A stretch of 64,000 nucleotides of DNA from Eledone cirrhosa. Its lineage: Eukaryota. Where the stretch lies: assembly GCA_964016885.1 (NCBI GenBank), contig OZ024740.1, positions 430,776,001-430,840,000 on the forward strand, in the 5' to 3' direction. Under the pieces are notes generated by a model. That model did no database searches. It saw only the letters and a program-made list of their open reading frames with translations, and had not been told where the DNA came from. Each line of letters begins with the position of its first letter. Positions within the stretch are counted from its first letter, which is position 1. Below, in pieces: positions 25,981 through 38,164 of the stretch. Made by a program: the position numbers and the translations under genes.

Positions 25981-28900
25981 CTATCTATCTAAGGCGGGTA
26001 AAATTCCCGTGATCCATGGACGAGTTCTCTCCCGCGGTCTCTGTCCCTCATTATCGCTGCCATGTCCTGCATCTCCAACTGACCAGTGTCTGTCCTTAGG
26101 GCATCAACATACGTTAACCTTGGTCTTCCTCTTCTAGTGTGTCCATGTAGGGGCTCCCAAAGGAGCACTGAGTGCAATGTCAACTCTGGATGTCGGTGAG
26201 CATGTCCAGCCAACCTCAGTCTCCACTGTGTCACTTTTGAGCTGACATTTGGGAGGCTCCCATACAGCTCTGAGTTTTTCATCCTCAGTGTATACTGATT
26301 AATGTTCAGAGCCATCCTCAGCATTCTCGTGTAGCACCCATCCACCATCTGAGTGAGTTTCTTGATCAGTGTCCAAGTCTCAGACCCATACAGCAGCACA
26401 GACTCCACTACAGCATTGAAGAGGCGGATTTTCAGGTCTCTACGAAAGTCCGACTTCCACACCGATCTCAAGCTGTGGCACGCCGCCCAGGCCTTGCTCT
26501 TCCTCTCAACCACATCATCTTCGGTATTCCCAATCCTTGCTCCCAAATACAGGAAGTCGTCTACCAATTCCAGCGGCTTCCCGCCTACATTAGTGATCCC
26601 CTCTGGCTTCTCAACATTCTCTACCAGATATTTTGTTTTAGTCTCATTCATTCTCAGCCCCACACTCATCGACACAGTCTCAACCTCCCGCATCAAATCC
26701 TCTGCCTCCTTCACTGTATTTGTCACCCAAACTATGTCATCGACAAATTCAGCATCCGATACCTTTTTTGCCCTAACTCTCCTGCTCTGAGCCGGTGCTA
26801 CAGTAAAGCCAGAGTCCTGGTGTTTCTCCAGTGCAAGGCGCATACAATAGTCCACTACGATGATAAAAAGATAGGGAGCCAATGTATCTCCCTGGAGCAC
26901 TCCAGCCAGTATCTCAAAGAACTCTGTCATCCCATCAGGTGTAATGACTTGGGCTTTGGTGTTGGTGTAGAGCAGTGATATCAGGTCCACTATCTTCTTG
27001 GGGATTCCATAAGCCTGTAAGATCTTCATCAGGCAGTAACGGTCCACAGAATCAAAGGCCTTCCTAAAGTCAATGAAAACCATGACCGCAGGAAGGCACT
27101 TTGCTCTAGCTCCCTCTAATATCCTCCTCAGCATCAGGATGTGACTGGTGGTTGATCTACCCTCTCTGAAGCCGTTCTGGTTGTCCCTGAGCTTCTTCTC
27201 CATCTCAGGCTGGATCCTGTTAAGAATCATCCTGTTGAGAGTCTTTGCCACAAGTAACGTCAGTGAGATCCCCCGGTAGTTGTTGGTGTTAGAGAGATCT
27301 CCCTTCTTTGGCACTGGGACGATGTTACTGATCCTCCACTGATTCGGGGCAACTCCTTTCTCCAGTGCCCCATTACAGAACCCCAGGATGATATCATCAA
27401 AATCACACCTCTTCATCACCTCTGATGCCACTCCATCTTCTCCATGAGCCTTGCCCTCCTTGATCCGCTTCTTGGCTCTCTGAAGCTCCTCTCTGGTGAA
27501 GGGCTCTGTCTCAACATCCAGTTCCTCAAACAGCCGCCTGATCTCCCCAGTGCTCTGGGCTGTGGAGGGTGGCTCTCCTAGTAGGGTCCTAAAATGGTCT
27601 AGCCATTTCCTCTTCCTATCCTCGGGCCCCGTTCCTTGGATCTGACTCGAACACCTTCTCTTCCTCCCTATGATCTCGTTGATGATCATCCAGCTCTCCT
27701 TACATCCAGATCTGTCAACCGCTCTCTCCACACTTCTGATCTTCTCTATCAGTGCCTCCTCTCTGACCTCAGTGTAAGCGGTACAGAGCTCTTCCCTCAT
27801 CACCTCCACAGTCTCCATCCTCTCCTCCGTAGGATCAGCATAGAATTGGTCCCTGGCAGCTTTCAGGTGTTCTCTGGCTGCACACACTTTTGGGTTTGCA
27901 GAGCTGACGTGCTTCCCTTTGTTCTTTTTCCTCGGCACCAGGGCTTCGCTTGCTTCAGCCACTGCATTGGTAAAGTGCCCGTACCTCCTCGTCCCACTCT
28001 CCTCAGTCCATCCAATCTCTCTCTCCGCTGACTCTGCACACAGAGCACTAAACCTGTTTCTCACTTCCACTGTGAACCTCTCCTGTAGCTTATCATCTTC
28101 CTTGAAAGATCCCCAGTCATAGATTGTTCTCCGGGGCTGAGCCTTGCTCTTTCTTAAGCTCACGCGGACCTCACTCATAACAAGCCGGTGGTCACTACCC
28201 AGTGTACTGAAATAGCTGTATGGTTCCGTGTTCAGAACACTATTCCGCCACTTTTTCCTCACCAGAATGAAATCAATCTGGGACTTGGACAGGTGCATAT
28301 CTGAGATGTAGGTTCACATCTTCTCCAGATTCTTCCTAAACCTTAGGTTGGTCGCCATCAAGTTCGCCTCCAGCAGGGTGTCTCTCAGTAGTCTTCCATT
28401 TCGGTTGGTGTTGTTACGGAAGTACCAGCAAGGATCTTCACTGCCCTCCTTACTCAGGTGTGCATTGAAGTCCCCCAAAACAAGCAGGATATTGTGTGCC
28501 TGAGTGGTGTTGACAGCTCTACACACCTCCTCATGGAACTCCTCCGCATTCACATCACTGTCCCCCTCGGTTGGACTATAGGCTGAGATGACTGTCAGTC
28601 TTGGGTTTCCATTGAAGGTCACCCTCAACACTCGCGGGGAGATAGGCATTATTTCCCTCACCAACAGATTGGTTTTTGCACTGAACACAAAACCCACTCC
28701 TCCTACTGCAGCATTTGTTGTGTTCTTCACTGCCGATGTAGTGATGAGCTGGCTCTTCTTCCCAATCATGACACTCCTCACGGGCTCATCGTGTAGAATC
28801 CTGTGTTCTTGGATCGCAAGTATCTGTATACCACTCTCCTCGAACAGATGTCCCAACTCCTCTCTCTTCTCCAGCGTCCGAATAGTCCTCACATTCAAAG

Positions 28901-29298
28901 TGCCCATTTTGATGGCTCTTCTGCAGGACAAAACTGCATTCTTTATATTTGTCTCAGAGACAGCTGATCCATCATCCACTGGCCCTCTCTGTGGCTCTAA
29001 GCCAGCAGAGTCATAACGACCAGGCTGCTCCTTGACAGTGTAATTAGGGGCTGTAACCCTAGTGCTGATAGATCGACTCTCCATATTTCTTTTCAATGGC
29101 TGACAATACCTTACCGGCGCCACTCGAATAAGGTAGTTATTTAACCCATAAATGGAGCCCTAACAGGTACTACCACCCCGGGCCAGGGTAGACCTGGGAG
29201 TCCTGACAACTAAGGGGTAACTCCACATTCCCCACATCTCCTGAACTCCCGAACTGGAGCCTTGCCACTGGATGTAGTTTAATGTCATACCCAGGACA
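25981..29298 (-). mobile_element. Full-length RTE-clade LINE, family B (APE endonuclease + RT), with one in-frame nonsense codon
   Basis: ORFs 28314-29123 (GTLNVRT, LAIQEHR, LGDFNAH) and 25989-28298 (IDFIL, SDHRLV, NYRGISL, QNGFREGRST, FIDFRKAFDSV, GVLQGDTLAPYLF, FVDD, FLYLG) are in the same frame. They are separated by TGA where the sister copy has TGG. The tail is (TAGA)n, and ACAGTGCTAT is duplicated at 25971-25980 and 29296-29305. Confidence 0.95.
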
Positions 29299-32200
29299 GT
29301 GCTATAACTACCAATATACAGTGGTGTAACTACCAATATACAGTGGTATAACTACCAGTATACAGTGGTATAACTACCAATATATAGTGGTGTAACTACC
29401 AGTATATAGTGGTATAACTACCAATATACAGTGGTGTAACTACCAATATACAGTGGTATAACTACCAATATATAGTGGTGTAACTACCAGTATATAGTGG
29501 TATAACTACCAATATACAGTGGTGTAACTACCAATATATAGTGGTATAACTACTAATATACAGTGGTATAACTACCAATATACAGTGGTGTAACTACCAA
29601 TATATAGTGGTATAACTACCAATATACAGTGGTGTAACTACTAATATACAGTGGTATAACAACTAATATACAGTGGTGTAACTACCAATATATAGTGGTA
29701 TAACTACCAATATATAGTGGTATAACTACCAATATACATTGGTGTAACTACCAATATATAGTGGTATAACTACCAATATATAGTGGTGTAACTACCAATA
29801 TACAGTGGTATAACTACCAATATATACTGGTGTAACTACCAATATACAGTGGTATAACTACCAATATATAATGGTGTAACTACCAATATACAGTGGTATA
29901 ACTATCAATATACAGTGGTATAACTACCAATATACAGTGGTGTAACTACCAATATATAGTGGTGTAACTACCAATATACAGTGGTATAACTACCAATATA
30001 TACTGGTGTAACTACCAATATCCAGTGGTATAACTACCAATATATAATGGTGTAACTACCAATATACAGTGGTATAACTATCAATATACAGTGGTATAAC
30101 TACCAATATACAGTGGTGTAACTACCAATATATAGTGGTGTAACTACCAATATACAGTGGTGTAACTACCAATATACAATGGTGTAACTACCAATATATA
30201 CTGGTATAACTACCAATATAAAGTGGTATAACTATCAATATACAGTGGTGTAACTACCAATATACAGTGGTGTAACTAGCAATATACAGTGGTGTAACTA
30301 CTAATATACAGTGGTGTAACTACCAATATACAGTGGTGTAACTACCAATATACAGTGGTGTAACTACCAATATACAGTGGTATAACTACCAATATACAGT
30401 GGTGTAACTACCAATATACAGTGGTGTAACTACCAATATACAATGGTGTAACTACCAATATACAGTGGTATAACTACCAATATACAGTGGTGTAACTACC
30501 AATATACAGTGGTGTAACTAGCAATATATAGTGGTATAACTACCAATATACAGTGGTATAACTACCAATATACAGTGGTGTAACTACCAATATATAGTGG
30601 CGTAATTACCAATATATAGTGGAATAAATACCAATATACAGTGGTATAACTACTAATATATAGTGGTGTAACTACCAATATACAGTGGTGTAACTCCCAA
30701 TATACAGTGGTGTAACTACCAATATACAGTGGTATAACTACCAATATACAGTGGTGTAACTAGCAATATACAGTGGTATAACTACTAATATACAGTGGTG
30801 TAACTACTAATATACAGTGGTGTAACTACTAATATACAGTGGTGTAACTACGAATATACAGTGGTATAACTACCAATATACAGTGGTATAACTACCATTA
30901 TACAGTGGTATAACTACCAATATACAGTGCTGTAACTACTAATATACAGTGGTATAACTACCAATATACAGTGGTGTAACTACTAATATATAGTGGTATA
31001 ACTACCCATATACACTGGTATAACAAGCAATATATAGTGGTATGAAATACTATTATATAGTGGTGTAACTACCAATATACAGTGGTGTAAATACTAATTT
31101 ACAGTGGTGTTTACTACCAATATATAGTGGTATAACTACCAATATACAGTGGTATAACTACCATTATACAGTGGTATAACTACCATTATACAGTGGTGTA
31201 ACTACCTATATACAGTGGTGTAACTACCAATATACAGTGGTGTAACTACCAATATATAGTGGTATAACTACCAATATACAGTGGTGTAACTACCAATATA
31301 CAGTGGTATAAGTACCAATATACAGTGGTATAACTACCAATATAAAGTGGTATAACTACCAATATAAAGTGGTATAACTAGCAATATACAGTGGTATAAC
31401 TACTAATATACAGTGGTGTAACTACCAATATACAGTGCTGTAACTACCAATATATAGTGGTATAACTACCAATATATAGTGGTATAACTACCAATATATA
31501 GTGGTATAACTACCAATATACAGTGGTATAACTACCAATATTTTGTGGTATAACTACCAATATACAGTGGTATAACCATCAATATACAGCGGTATAACTA
31601 CCAGTATATAGTGGTGTAACTACCAATATACAGTGGTGTATCTACAAATATACAGTGGTATAGCTACCAATATACAGTGGTATAACTACTAATCTATAAT
31701 GGTATAACTAGCAATATATAGTGGTGTAACTAGCAATATACAGTGGTGTAACTACCAATATACAATGGTGTAACTACCAATATATAGTGGTGTAACTACC
31801 AATATACAGTGGTATAACTATCAATATATAGTGGTGTAACTACCAATAGAAAGTGGTGTAACTACCAATATACAGTGGTGTAACTACTAATATATAGTGG
31901 TATAACTACCAATATATAGTGGTCTAACTACCAATATATAGTGGTATAACTACCAATATACAGTGGTGTAACTACCAATATACAGTGGTGTAACTACCAA
32001 TATACAGTGGTGTAACTACCAATATACAGTGGTGTAACTACCAATATATAGTGGTATAACTACCAATATATAGTGGTGTAACTACCAATATATAGTGGTA
32101 TAACTACCAATATACAGTGGTATAATTTCCAATATACAGTGGTGTAATGACTAATATACAGTGGTGTAACTACTAATATATATTGGTATAACTACTATTA

Positions 32201-32519
32201 TATAGTGGTGTAACTACCAATATACAGTGGTATAACTACTAATATACAGTGGTATAACTACCAATATACAGTGGTATAACTACCAATATACAGTGGTGTA
32301 ACTACCAATATATAGTGGTATAACTACCAATATATAGTGGTATAACTACCAATATATAGTGGTATAACTAACAATATACAGTGGTATAACTACTAATATA
32401 TAGTGGTGTAACTACCAATATATAGTGGTGTAACTACTAATATACAGTGGTATAACTACTAATTTACAATGGTGTAACTACCAATATACAGTGGTGTAAC
32501 TACTAATATACAATGGTAT
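29299..32519. repeat. 22-bp satellite, right block (about 146 monomers)
   Basis: Same monomer as the left block. Confidence 0.97.
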
Positions 32520-32577
32520 GCCCGATGCTGTAACCACTGAGCCATACGCCATCATGTATATATATATATATATATAT

Positions 32578-32980
32578 ATGATGAGGTGATAAAAGCCGAC
32601 CTTACCGAATTACACCTCCCAAAGGCGATGACTTACAACCGTGACCTCTGGCGTCACGCAGTAATACAGAGTACCCGATCTCCCATGGGTACAAGCTGAA
32701 GCCTATCGACAAGATGCTCCCACACCCTCCCACCGCAAAGTGGTCTTGGAGGTGCCACGGCAAAGAGCACCCAGCCCTCACTGTAAAGTATGTGTGTATG
32801 TGCCACGGAAAAAACACCCAGCACTGTAAATGAGGTTGGTGTTAGGAAGGGCATCCAGCTGTAGAAATCAAGCCAGAATCAGTTCCAGTATGAGCAAGAC
32901 ATGGTCAGCCGACCGGACACTGCCCTCAACAGGACAACCCGTCTAACCCATGCTAGCATGGAAGAACGAACGTAAAACGG

Positions 32981-33022
<42 letters not shown>
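32578..33022 (+). mobile_element. RTE 3' end fragment (same subfamily as 40478-41170), (GAT)n tail
   Basis: Aligns by eye with 40748-41170 and has a long (GAT)n at 32981-33022. Confidence 0.88.
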
Positions 33023-33057
<35 letters not shown>

Positions 33058-33755
33058 TCCTAAAAAAATGTCTCAATATGTGTGGGCATATGATAATGGG
33101 TAAATTTGTAACCCCATTCTTCAAAGGATCTATATGGGATGAACATCATCACCACCACAATCACCATCACCACATTTTCTACTTCGACATGTGACTAACA
33201 TTACCCCCTCAGTCATTACCAACATATTATTCCCAACACAATACAAAGTCCTCTTTATATTCCACTAACCTACCTTCCTCTTGTCACATTTTCTACTTCG
33301 ACATGTGACTAACATTCACCTTCTATATTTATTGACTCTAAATAATTTCCCACAGTCAATTGTGATTACATCAGAGCCACAACAATAAACCCTGATCTTG
33401 ATTTTTGTTTTCTAGTTTTCTTAACAAAGACATCAGAGTCGGATATTTTAAAGTCATTTAACATTGACACGTGAGCTTTGAAATACACATCCTACACACA
33501 TAGCTACAGACATGACATACACTACTAAACTACAGTCATTACCCACAATCGAGTATGACTTGGTAGTATATACCATGTTTTACTATACACATCCTACACA
33601 CATAGCTACACACATGACACAACTATGAAACCTGCCAACCTCTAAAAACCCAAACGGGGAGAAACGAGGCAAAATAGGGAGATTTTACATAATGAAAGCT
33701 GTACCCATTTTCACAAGAGAGGACATCTCTCACCCACCCAATAGTGGGTGGGTGA

Positions 33756-34072
33756 TCTACCCTACCCACCCCACTCTTCTTTGAGTCTACCCTGCCCACC
33801 CCACTCTTCCTTGGGTCTACCCTTCCCACCCCACTCTTCTTTGGGTCTACTCTGCCCACCCACTCTTCCTTGGGTCTACCCTGCCCACCCCAGTCTTCCT
33901 TGTGTCTACCCTACCAACCCTTCTCTTCCTTGGGTCTACCCTGCCCACCCCACTCTTTCTTGGGTCTACCCTGCCCACCCCAGTCTTCCTTGAGTCTACC
34001 CTGCCCACCCCAGTCTTCCTTGGGTCTACCCTACCCACCCCACTCTTCCTTGAGTCTACCCTGCACACCCCA
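33756..34072. repeat. 30-bp C-rich minisatellite (about 10 copies), TCTACCCTGCCCACCCCACTCTTCCTTGGG
   Basis: Directly visible period. Confidence 0.93.
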
Positions 34073-34087
34073 CATGGCCACAACTTT

Positions 34088-34196
34088 CTTTATTGACCCT
34101 CGAAAGGAGGAAAAGTAAAGTCAACCTCAGTGGGATTTGAACTCAGAATGTAGGGACTCCAAAATAAATATCTAATGCTCTAATAACTCTGCCAAA
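34088..34196 (-). mobile_element. tRNA-derived SINE 5' part with Nin/Deu-like core
   Basis: Minus strand has A-box-like TGGCAGAGTTATTAG and B-box GTTCAAATCC, followed by GAGGTTGACTTTACTTTTCCTCCTTTCGAGGGTCAATAA, which resembles the Nin/Deu SINE domain (from recall). Confidence 0.65.
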
Positions 34197-34199
34197 TCA

Positions 34200-34407
34200 A
34201 TCACAGACAAACATACATACATTCACACACACATACGTATACACACATACATATACACACATACATACATACACATACATACACATACGCATACACACAA
34301 ACGTATACACATACATACACACACACGCATACACACACATATGTATACACACAAACATATACACACATACATACACACACAAACATACACACATACATAC
34401 ACACATA
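34200..34407. repeat. (CA)/(CATA) microsatellite
   Basis: Directly visible. Confidence 0.95.
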
Positions 34408-34417
34408 AATGAAGTTT

Positions 34418-35695
34418 GATTCATAGCAGAATCTCTGGCAGAACTAGAGAAGAAATTCCAAACATGGAAGCATGGCCTATAAAGAAGGGGTCTCAGAGTC
34501 AACCTTGACAAGACTAAGGTCCTAATAAGTAGAAACAGAACCCAGATCCCCTCAGGGAAATGGCCTTGCTCAGTATGTAGGAAAAGTGTAGGTAGAAATT
34601 CCATCCTCTGCCATATGCAAACTATGGGTACACAAGAGATGTAGTGGGATCTCAGGAAGTTTAGTTAAGAATGTAGGCTTTACATGTACAGTTGCACTGA
34701 GACAGAAAGCAGCAAACGACCACAGGAATGAAAACAACACAGCTCTCATGACTTTCGGAAACATTTTTTCATGCTCAGAGTTGCTGAAGCATGGAACAAA
34801 CTGCCTGCGTCAGTTGTTAGCTTCCGAGACACTGCATCCTTTAAAACCCTCATGCTTCCCGAAATTGCCAAAACTACACCTGATATACCCCTTCCTGCAC
34901 ATGCACACATGTGTATATCATGACTGATGCACTGTTCATTTTCCTTGACGTTTGTACATTACCCTATGTACTATACATACACTTTTTGATGAGTTGTAGT
35001 GCACCTGAGCACTGTATACAATATTTTCATTATTATTATTATTAGGAAACAAGCACTACCAAATTCTGGGAGGGCTCTGTAGAAACAGTAGACAGCTTCT
35101 GCTAGTTAAGTGACTGAATTAACAGCAGTGGTGGGTGTTCTGAAAGTACAGTAACCAGGGTAAGAACAGGATGAAAGAAGTTCAGGGAGCTACTATTACT
35201 GCTGGGTACAAAAGGCTTCTCCCTCAGAATGAAAGGCCGACTGTATAATGTGTGCATATGAACAGCAATGTTGCATGGCAGTGAGACCTGGGCGCTGTGT
35301 GCAGAAGACTTGTCTAGATTGGAAAGAAACGAAGCTTGCATGTTCCGATTGATGTGTAATAGTAATATACGGGAACGGCGAAGTATAAATGAACTGAGAG
35401 ATAAACTAGGCACAAGAGTAATCAGATGCAGTGTGCAGGAGAGGAGGTTGTGTTGGTATGGAGAGGGGGATGCGTATGAAGGGTGGGAGTTGTATAAAAA
35501 GGTGCAGACCGCTCAAAGTCGATGGAAGCCTTGGAGTTGGGAGACCCAGGAAGATTTGTGATGAAGTGATAAAAGCTCACCTGGCTCAATTGCACCTTTC
35601 AAAAGCAATGACATAGGACTAAGATCTCTGATGTTACGCAGTAATACAGAACACCCGACTTCCCATGGTCACAAGCTGGGACTGAAGCACATATA
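34418..35695 (+). mobile_element. Degraded RTE (family A-related), interrupted by a CR1-type insertion, 3' UTR missing
   Basis: Motifs IAESLAELEKKFQTWKHGL, GKWPCSVCRK, MLHGSETWALCAEDL and QERRLCWYG. Confidence 0.85.
34725..35044 (+). mobile_element. CR1-type LINE 3' end with (ATT)n tail nested in RTE
   Basis: Translates KQHSSHDFRKHFFMLRVAEAWNKLPASVV...SFK, the typical CR1 ORF2 C-terminus FFxxRVxxxWNxLP, followed by a 3' UTR and (ATT)n. Confidence 0.75.
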
Positions 35696-35708
35696 TAGTA
35701 AGCACGTA

Positions 35709-37940
35709 AGGCCTTCCTAAAGTCAATGAAAACCATAACCACAGGAAGGCACTTTGCTCTAGCTCCCTCTAATATCCTCCTCAGCATCAGGATGTGACTG
35801 GTGGTTGATCTACCCTCTCTGAAGCCGTTCTGGTTGTCCCTGAGCTTCTTCTCCATCTCAGGCTGGATCCTGTTAAGAATCATCCTGTTGAGGGTCTTTG
35901 CCACAAGTAACGTCAGTGAGATCCCCCGGTAGTTGTTGGTGTTAGAGAGATCTCCCTTCTTTGGCACTGGGACGATGTTACTGATCCTCCACTGATTCGG
36001 GGCAACTCCTTTCTCCAGTGCCCCGTTACAGAACCCCAGGATGATATCATCAAAATCACACCTCTTCATCACCTCTGATGCCACTCCATCTTCTCCATGA
36101 GCCTTGCCCTCCTTGATCCGCTTCTTGGCTCTCTGAAGCTCCTCTCTGGTGAAGGGCTCTGTCTCAACATCCAGTTCCTCAAACAGCCATCTGATCTCCC
36201 CAGTGCTCTGGGCTGTGGAGGGTGGCTCTCCTAGTAGGGTCCTAAAATGGTCTAGCCATTTCCTCTTCCTATCCCCAGGCCCCATTCCCTGGATCTGACT
36301 CGAACACCTTTTCTTCCTCCCTGTGATCTCGTTGATGATCATCCAGCTCTCCTTACATCCAGATCTGTCAACCGCTCTCTCCACACTTCTGACCTTCTCT
36401 ATCAGTGCCTCCTCTCTGACTTCAGTGTAAGCGGTACAGAGCTCTTCCCTCATCACCTCCAGTCTCCATCCTCTCCTCCGTAGGATCAGCATAGAATTGG
36501 TCCTTGGCAGCTTTCAGGTGTTCTCTGGCTGCACACACTTCTGGGTTTGCAGAGCTGACGTGCTTCCCTTTGTTCTTTTTCCTCGGCACCAAGGTATCAC
36601 TTACTTCCGCCACTGCATTGGTGAAGTGCCCGTACCTCCTCGTCACACTCTCCTCAGTCCATCCAATCTCTCTCTCCTCTGACTCTCCACACAGAGCACT
36701 AACCTGTTTCTTAATTCCACTGTGAACCTCTCCTGTAGCTTATCATCTTCCTTGAAAGCTCCCCAGTCATAGATTGTTCTCCGGGGCCGAGCCTTGCTCT
36801 TTCTTAAGCTCACCCGGACCTCACTCATAACAAGCCGGTGGTCACTACCCAGTGTACTGAAATAGCTGTATGGTTCCGTGTTCAGAACACTATTCCGCCA
36901 CTTCTTCCTCACCAGAATGAAATCAATCTGGGACTTGGACAGGTGCATATCTGAGATGTAGGTCCACATCTTCCCCCAGATTCTTCCTAAACTTTAGGTT
37001 GGTCGCCATCAAGTTTGCCTCCAGCAGGGTGTCTCTCAGTAGTCTTCCATTTCGGTTGGTGTTGTTATGGAAGTACCAGCAAGGATCTTCACTGCCCTCC
37101 TTACTCAGATGTGCCTTGAAGTCCCCCAAAACAAGCAGGATATTGTGTGCCTGAGTGGTGTTGACAGCTCTACACACCTCCTCGTGGAACTCTTCCGCAC
37201 TCACATCACTGTCCCCCTCGGTTGGACTATAGGCTGAGATGACTGTCAGTCTTGGGTTTCCATTGAAGGTCACTCGCGGGGAGATAGGCATTATTTCCCT
37301 CACCAACAGATTGGTTTTTGCACTGAACACAAAACCCACTCCTCCTACTGCAGCATTTGTTGTGTTCTTCACTGCCGATGTAGTGATGAGCTGGCTTCTC
37401 TTCCCGATCATCACACTCCTCACGGGCTCATCGTGTAGGATCCTGTGTTCTTGGATCGCAAGTATCTGTATACCACTCTCCTCGAACAGATGTCCCAACT
37501 CCTCTCTCTTCTCCAGCGTCCGAACAGTCCTCACATTCAAAGTGCCCATTTTGATGGCTCTTCTGCAGGACAAAACTGCATTCTTTATATTTGTCTCAGA
37601 GACATCTGATCCATCATCCACTGGCCCTCTCTGTGGCTCTAAGCCAGCAGAGCCATAACGACCAGGCTGCTCCTTGACAGTGTAATTAGGGGCTGTAACC
37701 CTAGTGCTGTTAGATCGACTCTCCATATTTCTTTTCAATGGCTGACAATACCTTACCGGCGCCACTCGAATAAGGTAGTTATTTAACCCATAAATGGAGC
37801 CCTAACAGGTACTACCACCGCGGGCCAGGGCAGACCTGGGAGTCATTACAACTAAGGGGTAACTCCACATTCCCCACATCTCCTGAACTACCGAACTGGA
37901 GCCTTGCCACTAGATGTAGTTTAATGTCATACCCAGGACA
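35709..37940 (-). mobile_element. RTE family B second copy: intact 5' end, frameshifted, 3'-truncated in RT
   Basis: Highly similar to 27055-29298. It stops abruptly after FIDFRKA and has frameshifts near 36460, 36700 and 36975. Confidence 0.93.
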
Positions 37941-38164
37941 ATATATATTATATATATACACATATATACACATATATACACATATATACTCATACATACA
38001 CATATATAAACATACACATATATACACATACATACACATACATACACATATATACACATATATACACATACATACACATAGATACACATACATACACATA
38101 TATACACATACATACATATATATACACATATATACACATACATACACATATATACACATATATA
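37941..38164. repeat. (ATACACATAT)n-type microsatellite
   Basis: Directly visible. Confidence 0.95.

Noticed and set aside
28314-28316. In-frame TGA in RTE ORFs (also 39188-39190) as possible selenocysteine or programmed readthrough
   Set aside because: Sister copies have TGG (Trp) at both positions, so these are simple nonsense mutations.
19503-32519. 22-bp array as CRISPR or telomeric repeat
   Set aside because: No spacers and not a TTAGGG-type repeat; it is an ordinary diverged satellite.
32521-32550. tRNA gene
   Set aside because: Only a 30-bp 5' half with an A box; there is no anticodon arm, T arm or B box.
33171-33622. Short direct repeat pairs (CACATTTTCTACTTCGACATGTGACTAACATT twice; TACACATCCTACACACATAGCTACA twice)
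   Set aside because: Small local duplications without further structure or coding signal.
33623-34118. Pro-rich and GRVDPRKSGV repeat ORFs
   Set aside because: Translations of the 30-bp minisatellite, open in several frames on both strands.
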